64,000 nucleotides of DNA from Coraliomargarita sp. (GTDB lineage: Bacteria; Verrucomicrobiota; Verrucomicrobiia; Opitutales; Coraliomargaritaceae). Shown in pieces: positions 42,976 through 51,805 of the stretch (positions within the stretch are counted from its first letter, which is position 1; each line of letters begins with the position of its first letter). The notes below the pieces were generated by a model. That model saw only the letters and a program-made list of their open reading frames with translations, was not told where the DNA came from and did not search any database. A program made the translations under genes and the position numbers. The DNA is taken from the NCBI GenBank assembly GCA_965216325.1, contig OZ244160.1:1664001-1728000 (forward strand), written 5' to 3'.

Positions 42976-43386
42976 ATGTCGATCTCTACCGAAGAGCTCA
43001 TTGCCATCAACGGCCTTCTCATAGAACGAGAAGTGGCCTTTGCGCGCGTGGGCAGTATCGAGCAATCGATCAACGAGCTCCTCGGAGGCGACTACCCCTT
43101 CCCCGCGCCGGAGGCGATCCCGCCTTCCACCCAAAAGCGCAAGACCAAGAAAAAAGCTGCCAGGGCCGCAAAACCAAAAGGCCCGCCGAAGCTACGCAGA
43201 TTACGCAGCCCCGAGGTCGCTTACCGTATACACACTATCGAGCAGGGCCAACCACAACAGCGCGAAGCAACCGACCTCAAGCCGCTCGAAGCAATCATCA
43301 AAGGCACCATTACAGGCATACGCCTGAGCAAAGTCGAAACCCTCAACAGCAGCGGTGAAGCAGTTGAGGTAATCTATCAAGGGTAG
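42976..43386 (+). CDS. Hypothetical coiled-coil protein with basic linker
   Basis: LLIEREVAFARVGSIEQSINELLG..YPFPAP then KRKTKKKAARAAKPK; paralogous to the previous gene. Confidence 0.75.
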   Translation: MSISTEELIAINGLLIEREVAFARVGSIEQSINELLGGDYPFPAPEAIPPSTQKRKTKKKAARAAKPKGPPKLRRLRSPEVAYRIHTIEQGQPQQREATDLKPLEAIIKGTITGIRLSKVETLNSSGEAVEVIYQG

Positions 43387-43466
43387 CGCAGGCGCGTCTC
43401 GCGCCGCACTACAGAGCACACGTCAGGCGAACAAACCGTCCGCGCCGCGAAACGCGGCAGCGCTAC
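43383..43466. repeat. Inverted GTAGCGCA-type REP pair
   Basis: GTAGCGCAGGCGCGTCTCGCGCCGC ... GCGCCGCGAAACGCGGCAGCGCTAC; the left arm is identical to the copy at 56109. Confidence 0.8.
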
Positions 43467-43472
43467 CTCGAT

Positions 43473-44060
43473 CTAAATTGTCGACCTTGCGTCAGGATTT
43501 GCGGCCTTGAGAGCTTCCGCTTCGGCTTGCCTTTGAGCTTCCCTAGCTTTCCGTCTACTCATATCAGCTGCCGCCTCCGCTTCCCACCGAGCTTGGTCAG
43601 CTTTAAGTTTTTCGGCATTATATTTTTCCCACGCAGCTCTACTTGCATTGGGGTCCGTATATTTCTCTCCATTTGGCCCCGTATAGACTGGTGCTTTCTC
43701 TCGAGTGAGTGTGATTGATGAGGACTCCCCCGAATTACTGGATGTGCTAGAAATACTATTCCCATTAGTTTGGGCATAAGCAATCGAACCATAGGGATCA
43801 GGCGTTCCGCTATAGTTTATAGTCGGCTGGTAAACTGGTGTTTCTTCATATTGGTAGGCAGCAGTCGCTGCCGTTGAAGAGACATCGTCAAGATCGACGC
43901 CCTCGGCAGTTTCAATTACTGTTACCAACGCTGCCACTGGCAATGACAGTGGCAATAGCGCATACTCTGTATTATTATTGAGCTCACCATCATCGCCCCC
44001 CATTAGCTCTTTTGCTTGAGGCGTGCATGAGCAAATTGTTAGGCATATCGGAATAAGCAC
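43473..44060 (-). CDS. Hypothetical putative lipoprotein
   Basis: Lipobox-like LTICSC, Ser-rich linker, helical C-terminus; start uncertain. Confidence 0.55.
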   Translation of the reverse strand: MLIPICLTICSCTPQAKELMGGDDGELNNNTEYALLPLSLPVAALVTVIETAEGVDLDDVSSTAATAAYQYEETPVYQPTINYSGTPDPYGSIAYAQTNGNSISSTSSNSGESSSITLTREKAPVYTGPNGEKYTDPNASRAAWEKYNAEKLKADQARWEAEAAADMSRRKAREAQRQAEAEALKAANPDARSTI

Positions 44061-44151
44061 TAGCTTGTGATATACCCTTTTCTCTTCTTTTTCTTTGAGT
44101 TCATCGTTTTTATTAATCTCCGATTAATTGGGTTAACTAAGCGGCTGATCT

Positions 44152-44535
44152 CTATTTAACTTTCGTCCAAGTTTTCCCACTCGCGTATACGATCCCCGTC
44201 ATTACTAAGCTCGTATTAGTCACTTTGTAGGACAAGGTGTCGGCTGGATACCGCTTCTTTTCATCAAGATTGATACGTGGGAACTTCTGGCGAGTGATCG
44301 CTAAGGTCAGCTGGCCACCAGAGGTTGACCACTCATAAAAAGTAAGATCTTTGCTACTACTTTTTTGCTCACTGAGTATGGCAGTTCCATTAGCTTGGAA
44401 CTCAATGGTTGCTTGCCCAGATTGATATGAACCGTTGTCGATTTCCCAAGTTCCCAATAGAGATTTGTCTAGCGCAGCAACTGAAAGATGCAGGCATGAA
44501 AACAAACAAAGGGTAATGATAAGTAGCTTTTTCAT
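44152..44535 (-). CDS. Exported lipocalin-like (DUF5640-like) small beta protein
   Basis: Clear signal peptide MKKLLIITLCLFSCLHLSVAA, then LLGTW...IEFQANGT. Confidence 0.6.
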   Translation of the reverse strand: MKKLLIITLCLFSCLHLSVAALDKSLLGTWEIDNGSYQSGQATIEFQANGTAILSEQKSSSKDLTFYEWSTSGGQLTLAITRQKFPRINLDEKKRYPADTLSYKVTNTSLVMTGIVYASGKTWTKVK

Positions 44536-44679
44536 AGTTTTTTGTAGTAGGTAGTTTGATATGGTAAGTTGTGCCTTAGCCTGTGAATAGGGCTTGCTAC
44601 AGCCTTGGTTGTAAGAATTTCTTCATGAGTGAGGATAGATGTCCTTACCGATGAATTCGGCAGTTGATTCTGCCATCTC

Positions 44680-46389
44680 TTAGTTCTCTCTGACCTGATA
44701 AAATTGCTTCGCACGTAGCCCCTGTGGGTCTGCTACTGGATGATCCAGACCATCCCCGGCAAGCTGCGCAATACAGATCCAAGGGCCCGCCGGAGAATCA
44801 CTGCTCCAAACTGAATATAGCGTCTCTACTTCGGTGTTAAAAGTGAGTGTGGGTGTAGTTCCATTTTCAATATCGATGACCGAGAATTTGGAACTACCAA
44901 TCGTTTGATCTGTAGTCACGGCAAACTGCCCAAACACGTCAGTTTGTAGACTCAACCATTCGCCACCATAGGTAAAATCGGAGACTTCATTCCAAGAACT
45001 TCCTCCATCGCTAGAGCGCCACACTTTTAAATGATCCTCGCTAAAACCGGCACCAAGCTGAAACGAAAGTGTCGCAGTGGAATTTTCTAAATCAGTCGAA
45101 ACTTCATATGCAAGTAATGCCAGCTCACCATTAATCGGCCCAGTCGCAGTGAGTTCGGTTGAATTAATCGAAGCCACTCCGGCATCGCTAGAGAAACTAA
45201 TATCTAATGAATCGCCTCCCTCGATAGACGTTGCAGATATCGATGCGGATTTCAGACCGCTATCTTCTTCGATCGCAGTTGAAAAGCTCGACCGGAAACT
45301 AGGCCTCGACCAAGACCAACGCCTCCAAGGGGGGCGCCTCCAGCGATAACGCTGACCACTCAAATCCTGATCACTCACGGGAGCAGAAACTACGACTGGA
45401 GCGGGCACAGTAAACTCTCCTAAACTCCAAGTGCCACCCTGCGCGCTATAACGACTTGAACCTATAATAAGAAGCTGCCCTACAGAAATCGGAGTATAGG
45501 TGCCTGCTTCCAGATTTGGCTCAGCAATGAAATGAACCTCTCCATCAACTATAAATGACCGTCCAGCCGTCACCATATTCTCCTGTCCCACATGTAGATT
45601 GAGCGTATCGACAACCCGAACATCTCCATCTGTAGTTAGCGTAGCACCATTCTTTAACGTGGTCGTGCCTCTAACATAAACATCTGCATCAGAAGTAATC
45701 GCGCCAAAATCAGTTGCTTCAACCTCGCCTCTCAACTCCAAAGAGGAGGCCTTAAGGCTGGATCCTGCACCCGAGACTCGAATCGAACTCCCCTCGAACA
45801 ACTCCAAACGATTATTCGACTCGAAACCGCCACCCTCTTCGATTTTCAGTTTCCCTCGGCCTGTCCGATAGGCTCCAACCAAAGTAGCCTGACCGCCAAC
45901 TGTCATCATAGAACCACTACCCGTAATAAGGACTTCGCCGTCACCATCGCCAGATCCATAGACGCCGCCGATGTGAACTAGGGGCAATAAGTCCGCGAAA
46001 CTGCCACTTTGCGTAGTGACGTGACCACCATTTGTAATTCTAAGCACCCCAGAGCCATTGCCATGGCCAAGATGAAAGTCGCCGCGATTGAAATATGCAG
46101 AGCCACTACCATCGACATGAAATGTGCTATTTGCATTGAAGCCGATGCTTGTCCCTGCCCGCCAACCATCAATGCTTTGCCAGTCTATCATGTTCACCGT
46201 GCAACCATTCTCAATTTTCAGAGAACTCACCGGACCATGAAGATTCAATCGAGGAGTTAAGCCCCCAATAGTCCAAGCCGTGACATCTGCGGGCGGCTGA
46301 GGGATTACATTTCCAGTTGCAGTAAAGTCCGCAAGAACAGTTCCTCCGAAACTGAGTGCAATGATTAGAGATGCTAGAGCTACACGCAT
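44680..46389 (-). CDS. Secreted beta-helix-like protein with T5SS/PEP-CTERM-associated-type repeats
   Basis: Signal peptide; repeats of G.G...(V/I)(D/T/S)G.GS and G.L.I..GG; C-terminal domain ending QFYQVREN. Confidence 0.65.
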   Translation of the reverse strand: MRVALASLIIALSFGGTVLADFTATGNVIPQPPADVTAWTIGGLTPRLNLHGPVSSLKIENGCTVNMIDWQSIDGWRAGTSIGFNANSTFHVDGSGSAYFNRGDFHLGHGNGSGVLRITNGGHVTTQSGSFADLLPLVHIGGVYGSGDGDGEVLITGSGSMMTVGGQATLVGAYRTGRGKLKIEEGGGFESNNRLELFEGSSIRVSGAGSSLKASSLELRGEVEATDFGAITSDADVYVRGTTTLKNGATLTTDGDVRVVDTLNLHVGQENMVTAGRSFIVDGEVHFIAEPNLEAGTYTPISVGQLLIIGSSRYSAQGGTWSLGEFTVPAPVVVSAPVSDQDLSGQRYRWRRPPWRRWSWSRPSFRSSFSTAIEEDSGLKSASISATSIEGGDSLDISFSSDAGVASINSTELTATGPINGELALLAYEVSTDLENSTATLSFQLGAGFSEDHLKVWRSSDGGSSWNEVSDFTYGGEWLSLQTDVFGQFAVTTDQTIGSSKFSVIDIENGTTPTLTFNTEVETLYSVWSSDSPAGPWICIAQLAGDGLDHPVADPQGLRAKQFYQVREN

Positions 46390-46528
46390 AGACTTGGAAG
46401 TAGGTAGTTTAATTCATAATATTAGCACAAAACGAGCCTACTCGTCTTGGATAATCCTGACTTTTCGACTACAGAGGACTCAATAGCGCGCTTAGGCGTG
46501 TCAGAGAATTTACCAAGGCTACAAAATG

Positions 46529-46599
46529 GGAGGCAGGACACTCCTGTCCTGTTACTTCCAGACTCAACAGAATGTTGCGAACAAGAGTGCCCACACTCC
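46529..46599. repeat. GGAG-type REP pair
   Basis: GGAGGCAGGACACTCCTGTCCTG ... GAACAAGAGTGCCCACACTCC; related to 11780-11851. Confidence 0.6.
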
Positions 46600-46603
46600 G
46601 CTT

Positions 46604-47566
46604 CTATATCATGCGCTTGTAATCGCTAGGAGTGAGCCCCGTCCATTGCTTGAAGACTCTAGATAAGTGAGCCTGGTCATAAAAACCACACAAATAGGCA
46701 ACCTCGCTAATGCCGGAAGGCGTGTGTAGCAGCTCTCTCGCCTTCGACACGCGCATGCGCGTGATATAGCGATGCGGAGAGGAATGCGTCACAGCTTTGA
46801 AGCAACGTGAGAAATAGCCAGGCGACATACCCGCAAGGCTCGCCAATTCTTCGATTTGGATCGGCTTATGCACTCTGGACCACACGTATTCCTGAATTCG
46901 CGACATAGTGGATTCCGAAAGACCTCGACTCGGCGATTTCGGCAGCTTTCGATCGGATACATCAAGACCTCTAACTAGCAAAGTCGCTGCGATTTCGAGG
47001 TAGTCATACAAGGCCAAATCCGGCAATTTGTCACCATATTGAAGCGCCGCCTCTAGCTGCAATACATGCTGGCACAACTCCGGTAATAGCATACCCATTT
47101 GCGAGTCGCCCAAATACAGATTCTCGACCTTCTCGCTGGCCGTAGTATCCAATAGAAATGAGTCGGGTATCAAGATGTGGATACAACCCCTAGCTCCGGT
47201 GAACTCCCACTCGGTCTCAGTGAAGGGGGCAATGTAAACCAAATTATTACGGTGCAACTTGCCCCCCAAGCAGGACTCCTGCTTGCCGTGTTGAATCAGC
47301 ATCTGTTCTGGCCCGTCGTGTATTTGCACCATGAGCCAATGGTGCGGAATCGCCGGAAGCGTCATCTCTGAGGGAGGACAGTTCCTGTAATACTCGATCT
47401 GCACTTTGGCACAGCTAAGCTTCACCTCACGGGAACGATTCAGGTCAGCAGTAATATTTTCAATACGCTGATCAAGGGCACAATACATTGAGGACGAGGA
47501 CCGTTTGGGATATTTCGAATCAGTAAGGCAATAAACGCGCGAGTCAGGCACGCCTATATTTAGCAT
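46604..47566 (-). CDS. AraC family transcriptional regulator
   Basis: ELASLAGMSPGYFSRCFK, ISEVAYLCGFYDQAHLSRVFKQWTGLTPSDY; start uncertain. Confidence 0.9.
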   Translation of the reverse strand: MLNIGVPDSRVYCLTDSKYPKRSSSSMYCALDQRIENITADLNRSREVKLSCAKVQIEYYRNCPPSEMTLPAIPHHWLMVQIHDGPEQMLIQHGKQESCLGGKLHRNNLVYIAPFTETEWEFTGARGCIHILIPDSFLLDTTASEKVENLYLGDSQMGMLLPELCQHVLQLEAALQYGDKLPDLALYDYLEIAATLLVRGLDVSDRKLPKSPSRGLSESTMSRIQEYVWSRVHKPIQIEELASLAGMSPGYFSRCFKAVTHSSPHRYITRMRVSKARELLHTPSGISEVAYLCGFYDQAHLSRVFKQWTGLTPSDYKRMI

Positions 47567-47761
47567 GTAGAATGCCTACACAGAAAAATATTCCCAAGAA
47601 ATATCAAATACTTCGCCTTGAATTTGAGATTTGGGGCTCAGCAACGGCGAAACCCTCAACAGCAGCGGCGAAGCTGTTGTGCTGTTTAAATGGCTGGGGT
47701 CCAGGCTTTAGCCGGTTCAAAGTCATTTCAAACCGCCTCAAGGCGGAACCCCAACTTTCAA

Positions 47762-48982
47762 CTACCGACGACGGCGGCCGAATTTGCTGCTACCGGAATT
47801 ACGGCGACGACGCTTTGGCTTGGCCTCTTCCGCATCGCGAATCATCGGCTCATGAAAATAGTTAAAGCCGTCCAATTTGCGCTGCGGGATTTGCGCATCA
47901 ATGAACTTCTCGATTGCATCGAGTTTACTCTGCTCGTCGGGAGCAAGAATCGTTGCGGCATCTCCTTCACGCTGTGCACGTCCAGTGCGGCCAATACGGT
48001 GCACATAGTCTTCAGCGTGTTCCGGCACATCGTAGTTGATGACGTGTGTTACATTGGCGATGTCCAAGCCACGCGATGCAATATCCGTTGCCACCAAAAT
48101 CTTAATCTCGCCATTCTTGAAGCGCTCCAAGGCTTTCGTGCGCGCCTTCTGCGGGAGATTCGAGTGCATGGCCGCACAACTGTATTTTCGCTCTTGTAGC
48201 CAACGCGTAATTCGGTCCGCTCCTACCTTCATACGGCAGAAGATGATCATGCTATCGACTTCCATGCTCTCAATGAGCGCAACGAGGAGATCAAACTTCT
48301 GCATTGCGCCAACCGGATACACCTCGTGCTTCACGGTCTCGGCCGGAGAAATCTTAATGCTGATCGCGACCTCGACCGGATCCTTCAGGCTGTGAGCAAT
48401 GAGTCGCTTGATCTCTTCAGAGACGGTTGCAGAAAAGAGCAGCGTTTGGCGCTTCTTGTTGCTGCAGTAGCGGATGATACGCTTCACGTCGTCGATGAAG
48501 CCCATGTCGAGCATGCGGTCGACCTCGTCGAGAATGAGTAACTCAATGCTGCGCAAATCGATGGTCTTTTGCTGCACGTGGTCGAGTAGTCGACCTGGAG
48601 TGGCAATCACTACATCCGCGCCCGCTTCGAGTTCTTGACGCTGCTTGCCGTAACCGACACCACCATGGATCAACGCACACTTCGGTTCGGAGCCCTTGCC
48701 ATATTTCTTGAATTGATCCTTCACCTGAGCAGCGAGCTCACGCGTTGGGCCCAGCACAAGGCAGCGTGGTGCCGCTCCCTTTTTGTGACCTCCGAGAATA
48801 TGTAGCGCGGGGAGCGCAAAGGCAGCAGTCTTGCCGGTGCCGGTTTGCGCAGAGCCAATCACATCGCGGCCCTCGATAATGTGGGGGATTGCACCCGCTT
48901 GAATAGGAGTCGGCTCGGTGTAACCGGATTCTTCGATTGCAGCGAGAATAGAGGGCGCAAGGCCCAGTTCTTTAAATGTCAT
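47762..48982 (-). CDS. DEAD-box RNA helicase (RhlE-like)
   Basis: Q motif PTPIQ, AQTGTGKT, PTRELA, TPGRL, DEVD, SAT, HRIGRTGRA; start at MTFKELGL. Confidence 0.93.
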   Translation of the reverse strand: MTFKELGLAPSILAAIEESGYTEPTPIQAGAIPHIIEGRDVIGSAQTGTGKTAAFALPALHILGGHKKGAAPRCLVLGPTRELAAQVKDQFKKYGKGSEPKCALIHGGVGYGKQRQELEAGADVVIATPGRLLDHVQQKTIDLRSIELLILDEVDRMLDMGFIDDVKRIIRYCSNKKRQTLLFSATVSEEIKRLIAHSLKDPVEVAISIKISPAETVKHEVYPVGAMQKFDLLVALIESMEVDSMIIFCRMKVGADRITRWLQERKYSCAAMHSNLPQKARTKALERFKNGEIKILVATDIASRGLDIANVTHVINYDVPEHAEDYVHRIGRTGRAQREGDAATILAPDEQSKLDAIEKFIDAQIPQRKLDGFNYFHEPMIRDAEEAKPKRRRRNSGSSKFGRRRR

Positions 48983-49207
48983 ACTGTCCTGAGTGTTGAA
49001 GTGCCCGGCCAAATCATCACCCGGGTCCAATTGAAAGCCCCCAGACCAACCGGGAGCAAGAAAGCTGCACAGTGGAGTTATTTCTTTGAGAATCAAGGAG
49101 AAAGCGAGAACCCCGACGCAAGCTGACGTTACACTATAGTAACTTGCGACTCCCCCATTGACTTATCGCCAAACAGTAGGATTCTGAGCAATCCGTTTTG
49201 AAGCATT

Positions 49208-50713
49208 ATGAAGTTACTTGAAAAATCCCTCTTGGCGGCTTCCGCGCTCGCCGCCCCCCTCCTCAGCAACGCGGCATCCTTTGAAGCTGCTAGCAAGTAT
49301 TTGGATACAGATGGTTCGTTCATCGCCTATGTTGATTTCGCTGGTGATGGCGCCGCAATTGGCCAACAGCTCAACCAGATTCTGGCTGAAGTGCGCACTG
49401 GCGCGCCAGAAGCCACGATGATAGTGCCACCCATCAATTTTGAACAACTGTTTGGCCAACTTGGCTTTGGCAGCATGCAAGCATTGGGCGCCAGCTCCAA
49501 GGCACTTGACAATGGCCTTCAAGCCAATCGTTCGGTGATGCTTACCGATGGCACACTGTCTGGCCTATTTGCGATGTATGGCAGCGCTGAGGCACCAATG
49601 AGCGGCTTTGACCTTGCGGAGCGCGCACCCGCAGACTCGAACACAGTTGTTTCCGGTCCGCTCTATATCACACCACTACGCGATCTGGTTAAGGTGCTCA
49701 TGACCCAATACATGGGCACAATGGGCACCGGACTCATGGATCAACAACTCGCAGCTCCGCTGCTCGGAACGGATATCACTGCAAATGAGCTCATCGAAGC
49801 CCTATCCGGGCACTTTGAGTTCTGCATGTATCAAGGCTATAAGGACGAGCTCAGCCCTGAATACAAAATCTGGGCGAGTTTGGAAAACGCAGGAAGCATG
49901 GTCGATCGCTTGAAGGCGGCTGAAGAGACGCTGCCAATTGTCTTCTCAGAGTCGAACGGTGCTACCATCGCCGATCTGAGTGCACTTCTGGGACAGGAAG
50001 CAATGGGACTATTTCTCAAGCATGATCCTAGCGGTGCCTTGCACGTATATACCCACGCAGACTGGGGCCCCCACACCGATGGTCCGAAGCTTGCCGACAG
50101 CGAAGCCTTCCAAAAGTTCAGCGAACTCCTTCCCGAAGAGGCTCACTGGTATAGCTACGCTGAGGGTGCCAGCCAAGATATCGAGGCGATGTTTGCCACC
50201 TTCGAGGCTTTCCCTGCAGCCGCACCCTACTTAAGCGCAGGCCGCAAAGCATTTGACCTGCTACTTGGCGACTTCATGGAGCCTGCAGCAAGCGCAACCA
50301 TCATCACAGACGATGCAGTCTACAGTGAGGTTTACGCCAGCTACTCCTATAAGCAGCTGGTAACCGCGGTCCCCGCTGTGTTTGCCGGCGGCTTGGCTGC
50401 TTCGGTCGCAGTGCCCTACTACATGTTCGGTCAAGCCATGGATGACGATTTCGACATGGACATGATGCTCAGCGACGAAGAGCAAATTGAGTTCAACCTC
50501 AGCACAATCCTGACCGCAGCCCAAATCTACATGCTCGATGAAGGGGTCAATGAAATCAGCTACAAGCAACTGCTTGAGCAAGAAGAGAACTACGGCGTCA
50601 GCGACATCGAGCCCGTGCTCGGCGAGAGCTATGACGATATCGTTATCACAGCAGAAACCGAAGAACTTAGCATCGAACTTCCGGATGGACGCGTGATCAC
50701 TTCTTCGTTCTAA
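49208..50713 (+). CDS. Exported hypothetical protein with a C-terminal pilin-like segment
   Basis: Signal peptide; internal hydrophobic helix AVPAVFAGGLAASVAVP followed by a small domain (NLSTILTAAQIYMLD...PVLGESY...LPDGRVI). Confidence 0.6.
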   Translation: MKLLEKSLLAASALAAPLLSNAASFEAASKYLDTDGSFIAYVDFAGDGAAIGQQLNQILAEVRTGAPEATMIVPPINFEQLFGQLGFGSMQALGASSKALDNGLQANRSVMLTDGTLSGLFAMYGSAEAPMSGFDLAERAPADSNTVVSGPLYITPLRDLVKVLMTQYMGTMGTGLMDQQLAAPLLGTDITANELIEALSGHFEFCMYQGYKDELSPEYKIWASLENAGSMVDRLKAAEETLPIVFSESNGATIADLSALLGQEAMGLFLKHDPSGALHVYTHADWGPHTDGPKLADSEAFQKFSELLPEEAHWYSYAEGASQDIEAMFATFEAFPAAAPYLSAGRKAFDLLLGDFMEPAASATIITDDAVYSEVYASYSYKQLVTAVPAVFAGGLAASVAVPYYMFGQAMDDDFDMDMMLSDEEQIEFNLSTILTAAQIYMLDEGVNEISYKQLLEQEENYGVSDIEPVLGESYDDIVITAETEELSIELPDGRVITSSF

Positions 50714-50749
50714 TTTCAACAAACACCATAACTAACTAACACAACAAAG

Positions 50750-50781
50750 AGGTGGCACTGCTCGCGGGTGTCACCTTTTTT
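50750..50781 (+). terminator. Intrinsic terminator
   Basis: AGGTGGCAC-loop-GTGTCACCT followed by a T-run. Confidence 0.6.
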
Positions 50782-50838
50782 GTGCCTGTTCACAACCGCT
50801 GCTTGCAAGACTGCCGAACATGAATTGTAATGATGGCA

Positions 50839-51702
50839 ATGAGTTCCACATACCGCGGCCGCATTGCTCCGACCCCGACGGGTTATTTACACCTCGGACA
50901 TGCGCGCACGTTTTGGATGGCAATGGAGCGCGCCCGGGAAGCAGGCGGCACACTCATTTACCGAGATGAAGACCTCGATCCGCAGCGCTGTAAAAACGAA
51001 TATTCCGAAGGCGCGATTCAGGATTTACGCTGGTTTGGTTGCGAGTGGTCAGAAGGTCCTGATGTCGGTGGCCCCGTGGGCCCCTACACCCAGAGCGAAC
51101 GCATCCCGCTATTCCTAGACGCGTGGAAGCATCTCAAGGAAGCAGGCTTTATTTATCCCTGCAGGAAATCGCGCAAGGATGTCGCTAATGCCGCCCAAGC
51201 GCCACACGCGGAGGACGACGCCGAGCCCATTTATCCGGAAAGCTGGCGCCCGCCGCTCGGAACCGGAAAGACCGAGCAAGCACCCGGCGAGGTCAACTGG
51301 CGCTTCCGCGTGCCGGATGATCACACGGTGCAGTTTGACGATGTAAGACTGGGTCCCTGCGCCTTTGAATGTTTGCGCGACTTCGGCGACTTTCTCGTTT
51401 GGCGCAAGGATGGCGTGCCTGCCTACGAATTGGCGGTCGTCGTGGATGACAATGCCATGGGCATCACCGAGGTCGTGCGCGGCGAGGACCTGCTCATTTC
51501 CACTGCCCGCCAGTTACTCATCTACGACGCACTCGGCCTCAAGCCGCCGAGATTCTATCACACACCACTCCTGTGCGACACCGATGGCCGTCGATTAGCC
51601 AAACGCCATCGCTCATTGACTTTACGCGAACTCCGCGAAGCCGGCCATACACCCGAACAATTGCGCACGTCCGACGACTGGTGGTCGGGCCTGGACGATT
51701 AG
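50839..51702 (+). CDS. gluQ: Glutamyl-Q tRNA(Asp) synthetase (GluQRS)
   Basis: GRIAPTPTGYLHLGH, EDLD, GPYTQSER, AYELAVVVDD, VRGEDL, RLAKR; lacks the anticodon-binding domain. Confidence 0.9.
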   Translation: MSSTYRGRIAPTPTGYLHLGHARTFWMAMERAREAGGTLIYRDEDLDPQRCKNEYSEGAIQDLRWFGCEWSEGPDVGGPVGPYTQSERIPLFLDAWKHLKEAGFIYPCRKSRKDVANAAQAPHAEDDAEPIYPESWRPPLGTGKTEQAPGEVNWRFRVPDDHTVQFDDVRLGPCAFECLRDFGDFLVWRKDGVPAYELAVVVDDNAMGITEVVRGEDLLISTARQLLIYDALGLKPPRFYHTPLLCDTDGRRLAKRHRSLTLRELREAGHTPEQLRTSDDWWSGLDD

Positions 51703-51805
51703 TCGGCCATGCAGCAACACAGGCAACTGCAACTGCGAACATTCGTAGGTCGGCGACGCACAATCTCTGGTCGTAGAAGTGCCAGCACACTTTAAATTTG
51801 AACCG

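Larger units (their letters stand above)
43324..47679. mobile_element. Small genomic island bounded by 43-bp imperfect direct repeats
   Basis: 43324-43366 and 47637-47679 match at 38 of 43 positions; the four enclosed genes are all on the minus strand and visibly AT-richer; no integrase is present. Confidence 0.65.

Noticed and set aside
48510..48535. DEVD instead of DEAD as a sign of an inactive helicase
   Set aside because: DExD variation is common and all other helicase motifs are intact.
48983..49130. Possible structured 5' leader of the helicase gene
   Set aside because: Some GC-rich complementarity is present, but I could not match a known riboswitch or motif by eye; an Rfam/Infernal search is needed.
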